Shown: positions 18,001 through 24,387 of the stretch, piece after piece
How the letters are laid out: every line of letters starts with the position of its first letter
How positions within the stretch are numbered: position 1 is the first letter of the stretch
Assembly: GCA_000743035.1 (NCBI GenBank)
Contig: CP008938.1
Location: 30,001-62,000 of the forward strand
DNA: 32,000 nucleotides
From: Candidatus Paracaedimonas acanthamoebae
GTDB lineage: Bacteria; Pseudomonadota; Alphaproteobacteria; Caedimonadales; Caedimonadaceae
Direction of reading: 5' to 3'
The notes under the pieces: generated by a model
The model's input: only the letters and a program-made list of their open reading frames with translations
Database searches by the model: none
Told to the model about the DNA's origin: nothing
Position numbers and translations under genes: made by a program

Positions 18001-19227
18001 TTCTTGTTTTTGAACCTTTTCAATGGAGTTGCTTTTATGTTTTTCAGAAATTTGAGGCATTTTTCTTTGCTTCAAAAGATCCACAGTTTGAGCAATTGTA
18101 GTCTCAAGATCTTTCATTTCTTGAGAAGTGTAAAAGGTTTGACCTTTAACATTTTCACCTAAATAAAGTGCCGTGTGTTGAGACAAAAGCTGAGCTGTAA
18201 AACGATCAATCGTGCGGCTGTAATCTTGAGTATCAAACTGAAGACTCTTGCTCTCATAAAGAAGGTTATCATTGAGTGTTTTACCAATAATAGCAGCTTT
18301 AGGGAGATCAATTCCATCCACTTTAGCCTTTAAAACAGCATAAAGTTTCTCGTCTCCTGCAACGCGTTTAAAGATCTCTTTCGCTAAATCAACTTGAGTA
18401 AAGACAGCTTTTTGGGACGCGACAACCTTGATAAGTTCTTCAGGATGTTTAAGAAAAATCTCAATATTTTGGTGGCGGATTTCTTCATTTTCTTGAACTC
18501 TGTAAGAGCGTTCTTGAAGCTTATGAAACCCATGAGGCCCAATCTTTTTTGTGGGGACAACTTTAAGCCCTTGGTCTTCGTAAGAACGGGGATCAAGGTG
18601 GTAGTCATATCCTTTTTCTTGAGCAAATTGATTAGAGATTTCTGCAAGCTGGGAACGCAATATTTTAAGCTGCGGCTTTTCAATAACATGTCTTTTTTCT
18701 GAGAAAACTTCATCAACAAGAGGCCTTGTGGTCGCCAAAATATGAAGGTGAGGATTTCCCTTTTTATCATGAATGGCATACTGAGTAACGAGGCCATAAT
18801 TGACGTAACACTCTTTAACGATACGCTCTGAAAGCTCTATGAGATGTTCTTTATTTGTAATCTCAATTGGAAGGGCAAAAGTAAGTTTGTACCCTGTCTT
18901 ACAGGTCTTTAAAAACTTCTCTTTTGCAGCAAGGCTTTTGGCATTTTTAACTTCATCTTTGTGTCCTTTGTATCTTTTATCAGCAATATAATCTTCAAAC
19001 TCTTCAACTCGATTCCAGAGAGTTTCATGATCATATACCCACTCAGGTGACCCCTCTGGTGCAATAATATTTGTGGCTAAGAGTTCTTGGGCTTTTCCAG
19101 AATAATCCCAGGTCATTCCTGTACGTTGATCATGAGCAATTGAAGCAGATATATACGCAGAATGTGAGCAGACGGAACCTGCTCCATTTCTTGAGATGTA
19201 ACTTGTGTCTGCATAATAGATAGCCAT
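12019..19227 (-). CDS. traA: TraA-type conjugative relaxase / helicase / primase fusion (2402 aa)
   Basis: The N-terminus MAIYYADTSYISRNGAGS parallels RSF1010 MobA (MAIYHLTAKTGSRSGGQS), and the HxDxxxNPHxH motif is present (AIHDKKGNPHLHIL). The RecD/TraA_Ti helicase has Walker A (LTGKAGTGKSTVL, nt about 17896-17930), Walker B (VILDEGSMV) and YAVTINKSQGATFD. The C-terminal region has a degenerate zinc-finger-like segment (TGEGGDIFNYV), a Toprim Glu (YVAEGIETALSL, nt about 13110-13165) and DxD (ILCCDADEVGS, nt about 12990-13020). Confidence 0.93.
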   Translation of the reverse strand: MAIYYADTSYISRNGAGSVCSHSAYISASIAHDQRTGMTWDYSGKAQELLATNIIAPEGSPEWVYDHETLWNRVEEFEDYIADKRYKGHKDEVKNAKSLAAKEKFLKTCKTGYKLTFALPIEITNKEHLIELSERIVKECYVNYGLVTQYAIHDKKGNPHLHILATTRPLVDEVFSEKRHVIEKPQLKILRSQLAEISNQFAQEKGYDYHLDPRSYEDQGLKVVPTKKIGPHGFHKLQERSYRVQENEEIRHQNIEIFLKHPEELIKVVASQKAVFTQVDLAKEIFKRVAGDEKLYAVLKAKVDGIDLPKAAIIGKTLNDNLLYESKSLQFDTQDYSRTIDRFTAQLLSQHTALYLGENVKGQTFYTSQEMKDLETTIAQTVDLLKQRKMPQISEKHKSNSIEKVQKQEGLTFTQEQREAIDHLLIPQAISVLTGKAGTGKSTVLKPVVDAYKRTGMTVIGVAFQGKVADQLSYELGIEGYTLDQLKKRWSKQDSLKRLIENKELKGQALAKAKGEINRLEEWRFTPKHVVILDEGSMVSGSLWKSLLEEVDRSGAQLRIVQDNKQIKALYGLDAARLVEEKVGAYEIQGVVRQREKWMREASALLNEHRIEEGLKPYDEKGHFDYRETDYGAKISLVADYLEGLEQNPHQTHMAIAQKNKDVIALNELIRGALSSQGKLGSQEFVFGQKGQGIFQGEQDVGGPQNQHFRKSAHDWRFAVGDRVMFLSNDHKGWHVKTLEKGKSERQGVKNGTLGVIESFNLRRQTVEIRLPDGRLVGFDTKGYDALTHGYAVTINKSQGATFDHSYGLFSSFNANQLLIWLTRHKESFKGYVSKGIACDLKGMVSHVARADYKGLSTDYDLPDHQKPYFNLVQQYWKISQEAGNLRTQIETITLQTEKGGKEVSLSKEWEQYNSLVQERNQKAEDILKDWPQCSSFLQQTGVRREVLEVQAGLKQRLLSSAEEAALEKVEVYFKVADQAKDLWKEIAQTHPGSLSSAHPEYEKYIKIKEIRNELAYEMASFPQMYKPFFKVKEQGGSYVTYSGSVYEQRPQSFKAVLAQAEQHIAFKRTERYESTLTFHERAAYKQVQDYRSFHFLSVAAYKQLPELEKIAASPAMVEAHQQKMKEFAGHRDKLAYDLLSNYDQASPFIEKLGLKEEMLLKHAVFGEVRGIVEAYKTADTLEARVQMADKLVSFVFKEEGSVDKPLYGLLKEQGVDLQKLKFEQGCLKVQQQGKEVSIHTLDELDQVYTDLSTYRSLHQEVAKEWEIIKTTATQKVARVQEEQIKALNLLDSTNRLERATLEEEAIKVLKAKASNPQTLVYVNNHLRLTVNGVQNWSDLQNEIQGHQVELNQLHTSLQKGRSGYVEIYTREGKQSSWSSLRINKLEKARSLMKAYSTLHHFTPHHEYDRLFKEAHAQEMTEQVRHFKQASPQEKPALAQEIQGWLSLEQDERLTYTLTALKQERVSVEALHHYGTILSLPHEKQGDVSLLLEGYNEAKQRFSDIWQVYSEQADLKLAGEKVAYQEHVLALEAQLHAKNAKYNPHFFVERTIQRTTHALKEAKLTSQDWTSFEKEGDGQNAAKEALKHKVQTWIEKGAQTYGWDLNTPEQGSVQKEIISLALRQNDLFEKKLNEIDHIIKSENQEIPHLAIAAGKRNKAAFDLIQGGFVSQNQEVFDPSLRQVKDQALRYASSSYRLQKIHERDPEKFKDHAVVLFLKDQLSLGDEKVQGRIQKALDKAGLTLDGHLIEQDERRLIPGKSQAELSYREEREAERYTEKKGHPLPKAYKTPLYDKEDILSSLTKSHIEEIFARHIDLWVTNPKPTYRSHEIRYGSKGGFVIYRDQSTWSNFKTGEGGDIFNYVSKSLKISYKDAIKQIGEEINAPQLISINWEERAQKQNELKLQAEIEEKAKIEKSQATTKKLYDTSRSIQGKLAEKYLREHRHIKTAELPEDLRFIAEYKDYDKAPSYPVLASFSRDPQEKLTAVQLIYLDPQTANKADIEVKKRSLGSIKNTAVEVQAGEGPTYVAEGIETALSLKEAGIQGRILVTLGLSNMRYVGSHIKDKDQPVILCCDADEVGSQAWKSSEQNLKKLQEEGFKASIVRPQGEKGRDFNDILQEEGIAVVQEVLKEVASFKERRSQKETHLSGRPQARLTEEQIVLNRTILSPTTQEVPQEKTQSLLKEDDPTFNRMIVLKHFYPELSEKVLTQRVYHEKERQERYIEYALENKQLTQDELFTYADRLSKIEGRLYQEHLLKHGKAPKSYEIYMDTQRVYSASHQNIEKTYTKFLEAGASEQTARIGANYYQHLEESINLHPKKLSLVLQATEILKKDDPEALAHPQSFEITKRFAYTMLALEKGDTIDSSSIKSVAQKEEQHFKGIALKITKTLELEKEHEVELPL

Positions 19228-19261
19228 ACGACAATATACAGCCGCCCGCAGGGCCGCACAA

Positions 19262-19314
19262 GACGATTTTTAATCGTCGTTAAATGCGCCTATAGAGTTT
19301 TGGCACAAAACTCT
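19262..19314 (+). other. Candidate oriT core: hairpin plus RSF1010-like nic region, followed by a second hairpin
   Basis: Hairpin GACGATT-TTT-AATCGTC (19262-19278) is followed by GT and then TAAATGCGCC (19281-19290). This compares with RSF1010 TAAGTGCGCC, which also lies just 3' of an inverted repeat. A second hairpin is AGAGTTTT-GGCAC-AAAACTCT (19294-19314). The site lies between divergent traA and the traC/traD-like genes. Confidence 0.6.
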
Positions 19315-19416
19315 TGCAGGACTGCTGCTTTTTTGCTTATATATTTTTATTCGAATCAAGCTGTGGGGAGCTTTCCGATAAGAATATTTAATAACTATTT
19401 TTGGAAAGAATGAATC

Positions 19417-19716
19417 ATGCAACTCATTGAGAAAAAATTATCGAAACTAGAAGAGCAAAAGCAAAAACTTGAAAAAGAAATTTTAGCATTACAGAACAAA
19501 AGACATGAAGAATTTATATCTTTGTTAAACAAGATTCCTTCCCTCAATCTTGAACCTATGACACTTATTGGGGGACTTCTTCATGTGATGGAGGAAGCAA
19601 ATAAAAAACCAGAGTTAAAGGAGAAGTGGCGTTCTGCTGCTCAGAAATTTTGCGGAAGATTACCTTCTCAAAAAAGAACAAAGACTCCTCAACCAACTTC
19701 ACAGAAAGCTGCGTAA
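19417..19716 (+). CDS. Relaxosome accessory protein, Ti TraC-like (tentative)
   Basis: The 99-aa protein has an N-terminal coiled coil (KLSKLEEQKQKLEKEILALQNK) and a basic tail. It is the first gene divergent from traA across oriT, as traC is in Ti-type Dtr loci. Confidence 0.5.
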   Translation: MQLIEKKLSKLEEQKQKLEKEILALQNKRHEEFISLLNKIPSLNLEPMTLIGGLLHVMEEANKKPELKEKWRSAAQKFCGRLPSQKRTKTPQPTSQKAA

Positions 19717-19717
19717 A

Positions 19718-20053
19718 ATGACGCAACAACTTAATAAACATTCATGGAATTTGGAGCATTATAAACGTAAGCTAAAGCGTTTCGAAGTTAGTGACCGTAA
19801 AGCTGAAAATCGGACAAAAATACAGTTAGGGGGTCTCATTTTGAAATCAGGCCTTGCTGAATTATTAGAGATCAATCCTGGGGATGATATGCAGCTTGAT
19901 TCTCTAGCACGAGAGAGAGCAACTACTCTATTAGGCGTTCTTCTTAATGCAACTGAGCAGCTTCAGAATGATCCTGATGGCACCCTTAAACAAGAATGTT
20001 CTCATCGCGGTATGAAAGCTATGCATCAACAATTTATGAGATTAAAATCATGA
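19718..20053 (+). CDS. Ti TraD / RSF1010 MobC-like relaxosome accessory protein
   Basis: The motif DRKAENRTKIQLGGLILKSGL matches the TraD/MobC signature as I recall it (RK-x-(D/E)-TR-x-K-(I/V)-x-(L/V)-G-(G/A)). The ATG lies 1 nt after the upstream stop. Confidence 0.65.
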   Translation: MTQQLNKHSWNLEHYKRKLKRFEVSDRKAENRTKIQLGGLILKSGLAELLEINPGDDMQLDSLARERATTLLGVLLNATEQLQNDPDGTLKQECSHRGMKAMHQQFMRLKS

Positions 20054-20283
20054 CAACATCTCCAAATAATTACCCTTGTGAAAAACTGAATAAAGTTATC
20101 CAACTCTCTCTTGAACCTTCTCATGACCCTATTGCCAAAGCTTTAGAAATTGCACGTGTATCTGGAGCTTTTAAACAAAGCAATGTTATCTTTTTTAAGA
20201 ATAAACTTTATCCTATTAACCCTCAAAACCCTCAGCAGTCTTTGCAGCAACTTATAATGTTAAAAGAACAGAATGTTGCATAA
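20050..20283 (+). CDS. 77-aa hypothetical protein
   Basis: The gene forms an ATGA overlap with the traD-like stop, and its own stop overlaps the next ATG (TAATG). No motif was recognised. I preferred the start at 20050 over the track start at 19996. Confidence 0.45.
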   Translation: MTTSPNNYPCEKLNKVIQLSLEPSHDPIAKALEIARVSGAFKQSNVIFFKNKLYPINPQNPQQSLQQLIMLKEQNVA

Positions 20284-20591
20284 TGCACGCAGAGTTTTAT
20301 CTTAAAGCTCAGAATAAAGAGGTGGGCATATTTAGATACTATCATATTGTTGTGATGCCCACCCTTTTTAAAGATTGGTCTCTTCTGATTGCCAATGGCA
20401 GAATAGGACAAAAAGCAAGGCAAAGGTCTTTATTGTTCACGGACCTTAATCTCCTCATTAAGAAAATTAAGCAAATTCTCAATAAAAGGCTTAAGGCTGA
20501 AAAAAGATTAGGATGTAATTATCACCTTATTAATCATTCTTGTGATGATGAATTTAAGAGGCAAGTCATACCTCATCTCTCCATATCTTGA
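20283..20591 (+). CDS. Stand-alone WGR-domain protein
   Basis: FRYYHIVVMPTLFKDWSLLIANGRIGQKARQRSLLF fits the WGR pattern (RFYxhxhxPxLFGxWxLhxxWGRIGxxG), with Asn replacing the Trp of WGR. Confidence 0.7.
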   Translation: MHAEFYLKAQNKEVGIFRYYHIVVMPTLFKDWSLLIANGRIGQKARQRSLLFTDLNLLIKKIKQILNKRLKAEKRLGCNYHLINHSCDDEFKRQVIPHLSIS

Positions 20592-20727
20592 AACTCTCCT
20601 TGTTAAAGGATGCTTATTTATGAGGCAATTCTTCTCAAGCAAGGAAGAGCAAAGGATGTAAGTATTTTATCCACAATGTTTTCCCCTAGAAGTGAGGATA
20701 ATTTTTCTTTAACAGGAAAGGGAGTAA

Positions 20728-21303
20728 ATGTTACAAAAAAGTCATGTAAAGACTAAGGACACCAAAATGAATGATAGGCCCAAACTAACGATCAAAAAGC
20801 CCTTAAGCCCAGAAAAGCAATCTCAGATCTCTCAAGGGCTTCAATATTTAATGCCAAATGTAATTGAAAAACCTTCTGCTAAAGATCAAGAATATCTCAT
20901 GCAGAAAGCTCAAAAGAAGAAGAAAGAAGAAATCAAAGCAGCTTTAAAGTGGCTTTATGAACAATTTCCCGCTTGCTTTAATCCTAAAGACTTAAAGCCT
21001 CTTAAGCTTCATATTGATAAAGACATCTCTTCCTTTCTTGGAAAAGAGAACTCTCCTTCAAAAGTTAAATTGAGATATGCTCTTACCTATTACACAAGTA
21101 ACATTCATTATCTTAAGGCTGTTATAAAGGGCACACACCGGTATGACTTAGAAGGGAATCAGGGAGAAGAGATTACTGCAGAACAAAAGGCCTATGCTCA
21201 AGAGAAATATAAGAAAACTCTTCAAGCTATTAGAGATAAAAAGCCTCATAAAAATAAGCCCTTGCCTCAAGAAAAATCAGACAATCCTTCACAAAAAGAG
21301 TAA
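20728..21303 (+). CDS. ProQ/FinO-family RNA chaperone
   Basis: LKWLYEQFPACFNPKDLKPLKLHIDKDI is the characteristic start of the ProQ/FinO domain, flanked by Lys-rich segments. An alternative start at 20767 has a better SD (AAGGA, 7 nt). Confidence 0.75.
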   Translation: MLQKSHVKTKDTKMNDRPKLTIKKPLSPEKQSQISQGLQYLMPNVIEKPSAKDQEYLMQKAQKKKKEEIKAALKWLYEQFPACFNPKDLKPLKLHIDKDISSFLGKENSPSKVKLRYALTYYTSNIHYLKAVIKGTHRYDLEGNQGEEITAEQKAYAQEKYKKTLQAIRDKKPHKNKPLPQEKSDNPSQKE

Positions 21304-21345
21304 GATAAAACTTACAGTTATTTAACTTTTTAAGAGCTTTATACC

Positions 21346-22257
21346 ATGTCCAAAAATAGATTAAGCCCGCATGATAGGTATATTAGATCTGTCTTCACCA
21401 ACCCTAAAGTCGTGAGAGAATTCTTTGAAGCCAATCTTCCTGAAAAGGTAAAAGAAGCAATAGACTTAAGCAATATTGAGCCACAAAAAGAAAGCTTCAT
21501 AGATGATAAGCTAAAGCAGCAGATATCAGATATTTTGTTTGCAACCAAGTTTAATAATGAAGAGGGTTATCTTTATGTGTTGTTAGAGCATGCCTCCACT
21601 CCGGACAAAATGCTTCCCTTAAGGCTTGTTAAATATATGTCAGCTATTGTGGATCAGCACCTTAAGAAATCAGGGAATAATAAGCTCCCTATCATTTATC
21701 CAATGGTGCTTTATTCAGGCCAAAAGCCTTTTCCTTACTCAACAGATCTCTTTGAGCTTTATGGTGCTAATAAAGATCTCGCTCGTGAGATCATGGGAAG
21801 ACCTTATAAACTTGTTGATCTCACACAAGCTTCTGATGAAGAGCTTAAGAAGTACTTTTGGTTCGGAGCTGCGGCTTTGATAGCAAAGCATATTAAAGAC
21901 CCTGATATCATGCCAACATTCAAGGTTGCTATTGACCTTTTTAGAAATATTGAAAGGCTTGGTGAAAAGCAGTATATTGAAGACTATATCTATGTCACTT
22001 TATCTTATATCTATGAAGCAGCAGATATTAAAGATGAAGAAGAATTTATGAGGACCATTAGGGAAGGTCTTCCAAGTATAGATGAGGATAAAATTATGAC
22101 ACTCGCTCAGAAATGGGAACAAAAAGGTTTAGAAAAAGGTCGTCTTGAAGAAAGAAATGAAGTTGCACGTTCGATGTTTTTAAAAGGCATTGACCCGACT
22201 CTTATTAGTGAAGTCACTGGCTTGAGTGAAGCAGACATTTCAAAACTCCTTAATTAG
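21346..22257 (+). CDS. Rpn/YhgA-like recombination-promoting nuclease (PD-(D/E)xK 'transposase_31' family)
   Basis: HDRYIRSVFTNPKVVREFFEANLPEKV...SDILFATKF...YLYVLLEHASTPDKMLPLRLVKYM matches the conserved Rpn N-terminal nuclease core. The C-terminal helical tail is also present (LEKGRLEERNEVARSMFLKGIDPTLISEVTGLSEADISKLL). Confidence 0.85.
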   Translation: MSKNRLSPHDRYIRSVFTNPKVVREFFEANLPEKVKEAIDLSNIEPQKESFIDDKLKQQISDILFATKFNNEEGYLYVLLEHASTPDKMLPLRLVKYMSAIVDQHLKKSGNNKLPIIYPMVLYSGQKPFPYSTDLFELYGANKDLAREIMGRPYKLVDLTQASDEELKKYFWFGAAALIAKHIKDPDIMPTFKVAIDLFRNIERLGEKQYIEDYIYVTLSYIYEAADIKDEEEFMRTIREGLPSIDEDKIMTLAQKWEQKGLEKGRLEERNEVARSMFLKGIDPTLISEVTGLSEADISKLLN

Positions 22258-22271
22258 GCTCCTTTCATAAA

Positions 22272-23525
22272 TTATTTTACTTTAGGTAAGTCCTTCCATT
22301 CAGTTGTGTAATGAGGTGACAGGAACTGCCTTTGAGTAATTGTATGCGCTGCTTGTTTTATAGCTCCATAACTCACTGTTCTTTTTCCATACCTTTTGTT
22401 TAAAGTATCAAGTGTTTGCATAAGCTGCTCTTGACGGGATGAAGAACTTTTAAAAAAGGACGGCTGAAAGCTTTCTGGATTCGAAAGCTCTAATAAACAC
22501 ACCCCAGCTTTTTTGTAAGATAAATAAGGCTTATAAATTTTGCTTAATGCCCTTTTTGCAGCTGTAATAAAGGTTGGGGTATAATTACACGCGGCTTCAA
22601 GTTCCGCTAAATGATAGTTACTATAATAAGCTCCTTCTCCATAACGATTCGTTTTAATAAAAACCCCTACTTGTGAGGCAAGCCTTTGCTCTCCCCTTAG
22701 CTTCTCAACAGCTCTTTCAATAAAGGCACAGACTGCATACTCTAATTCTTCATAAGACGTAACATCCTTGGCAAAAGAACGAGAAACCGTAATCATCTTT
22801 TTAGAGGCTGAAGCTTCTTCAATCTCATGAGCCATGTGTCCATTAAGCTCAGAGACTATTCTCTCGCCAACAACACTCATCTTCTGACGAATCCATTTAG
22901 GTGGTGCTCTCTTTAATTTAAGGGCCGTATCAATTCCTTGAGAAAGAAGATACTTGGTATGGTTACGTCCAATACCCCACAAATCAGCTATAGGAAATCT
23001 TTCTAAAAAGGAGTTTATCTCTTTTTCATCCATTAGGATAAAAACGCCCTCTCCTTTTTTAGAATAGTTGTTGGCAACTTTCGCAAGCGTCTTTGTTAAA
23101 GACACTCCAATAGATATAGGGATGCCAAGTTGATGCCATACTTGTGATTTTAAACGCTGACAAAAGGTAATCACTTGAGCTTCAGGAATATCTGTTAAAT
23201 TAAGAAAGGCTTCATCAATAGAGTAAATTTCCATCTGAGGAACTTGAGATTTTAGGAAGGACATAATGCGGGTAGAGAAGTCTTGATAAAGCGTATAGTT
23301 AGAAGAGAACACAGCAATATTAAATTTTTCAACAAGTGATTTAAACTTAAAGTAAGGTTCTCCCATTTTAATACCAAGAGCTTTAGCTTCATTGGATCTT
23401 GCAATAGCACAGCCATCATTGTTTGAGAGAACAACAACAGGCTTATGCCATAAATCAGGCCTAAACACTCTCTCACAGGAAACATAGAAATTATTAATAT
23501 CAACAAGAGCTATTTTGCGCATCAT
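22272..23525 (-). CDS. umuC: Y-family DNA polymerase V catalytic subunit UmuC
   Basis: [51 protein letters not shown] and YSIDEAFL are canonical UmuC/ImpB motifs. The start at 23525 forms an ATGA overlap with the umuD stop. Confidence 0.92.
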   Translation of the reverse strand: MMRKIALVDINNFYVSCERVFRPDLWHKPVVVLSNNDGCAIARSNEAKALGIKMGEPYFKFKSLVEKFNIAVFSSNYTLYQDFSTRIMSFLKSQVPQMEIYSIDEAFLNLTDIPEAQVITFCQRLKSQVWHQLGIPISIGVSLTKTLAKVANNYSKKGEGVFILMDEKEINSFLERFPIADLWGIGRNHTKYLLSQGIDTALKLKRAPPKWIRQKMSVVGERIVSELNGHMAHEIEEASASKKMITVSRSFAKDVTSYEELEYAVCAFIERAVEKLRGEQRLASQVGVFIKTNRYGEGAYYSNYHLAELEAACNYTPTFITAAKRALSKIYKPYLSYKKAGVCLLELSNPESFQPSFFKSSSSRQEQLMQTLDTLNKRYGKRTVSYGAIKQAAHTITQRQFLSPHYTTEWKDLPKVK

Positions 23526-23944
23526 AAAGTATGAATTGCGGCTGTTACTACTCCCCATACTTGAACACTATCATCAGAACTTAAAAAGAAGGGTTCAGCA
23601 TAATTAGTATCTGCCCTTAGTGTTATGTTATTGCCATACTTCTCAAAACGTCTTAGACAAAACTCTCCTGCAATAACAGCAACAATAACATCTCCTGATT
23701 GAGGTTTAAGGCTGCGGTCTACAATTAAAAGATCATCTGTAAGAATGCCTGACTCTTTTAAAGAATCACTTGAGGCTTTCATAAAAAATGTAGTGACTGG
23801 ATTAGGAATGAGGTGCTCGTTAAGATCCAAAGCTCTTTCAGCATAATCTAGGGCTGGAGATGGAAATCCTGCTGAAACTGACGTTTCATAGAAAGGTAAA
23901 GATTGAGAAGAGGAAGGATTAAATCTTGTAGGAAGAAGGTTCAT
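23522..23944 (-). CDS. umuD: UmuD-like S24 peptidase (LexA-type autocleaving accessory subunit)
   Basis: The sequence aligns along its length to E. coli UmuD as recalled. Matches include the cleavage-site context SAGFPSPA (E. coli QCGFPSPA), the Ser nucleophile motif KASSDSL (KASGDSM) and [12 protein letters not shown] (GDIVIAAVDGEF). Confidence 0.9.
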   Translation of the reverse strand: MNLLPTRFNPSSSQSLPFYETSVSAGFPSPALDYAERALDLNEHLIPNPVTTFFMKASSDSLKESGILTDDLLIVDRSLKPQSGDVIVAVIAGEFCLRRFEKYGNNITLRADTNYAEPFFLSSDDSVQVWGVVTAAIHTL

Positions 23945-24387
23945 TTTTTTATTCTCTTTAAGGTTTCTCCCCTACTTCCTTACAGTCATAAATGATTAAT
24001 GGTCAACTATCAAGATCTATTGTTGCATAGTGGGTATGCAAAATGGAGATGTCCAATATTATTATTCATATTTTCAGAATTTAATTAAAATTATTTGGGC
24101 ATTCTAAAAAATTGACCTCTCATTGATCCATTTTCAACAGTCAATCATAGAAGTTTATATAGGACATCCTTGTCAATTTGCTTAGAGAAAAGCATAAAGG
24201 GAGCATTAAATAATGACGCTTAGGAGCTTTCGTTAAAGACATCAAACAAGTCATTTTTATTGCAACTATAAAAAACCCTATTAGAAAATTTTACAAAAGT
24301 TAACTTGACGGTGCCCTAAAATTTAATAAGTCCTGTATTTCCTTAACTCAATTGTAATCTCAACTCAAAGCTGCAACAGAATCAGAA

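Noticed and set aside
12324-18797. About 14 nested ORFs of 60-137 aa on both strands inside traA (for example 12324-12512, 14431-14754, 16036-16353, 17833-18162, 18384-18797, 18394-18702)
   Set aside because: All lie within a 7.2-kb ORF that has strong relaxase, helicase and primase motifs. Their translations are low-complexity, Leu/Phe/Lys/Ser-rich, and typical of off-frame readings of AT-rich coding DNA.
20592-20727. Specific sRNA hairpin upstream of the ProQ/FinO gene (TCCTTG ... CAAGGA pairing)
   Set aside because: It is only a 6-bp complementarity separated by about 35 nt, with no U-tract. That is not enough to call an RNA gene, so the region is kept only as a place to look in the leading-region finding.
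23945-24100. LexA/SOS box upstream of umuDC
   Set aside because: Neither CTGT-N8-ACAG nor GTTC-N7-GTTC/GAAC-N7-GAAC was found by eye on either strand. Only the TTGCATA-N5-TATGCAA dyad was seen, and it is reported separately at low interest.
24045-24387. tRNA, small RNA or replication-origin iterons in the long non-coding stretch. TTGAC/GTCAA motifs recur at about 24112, 24146, 24172 and 24303.
   Set aside because: I could not draw a cloverleaf. The TTGAC-containing motifs are short, irregularly spaced and differently oriented, and there is no adjacent rep gene. The evidence is too weak to call.
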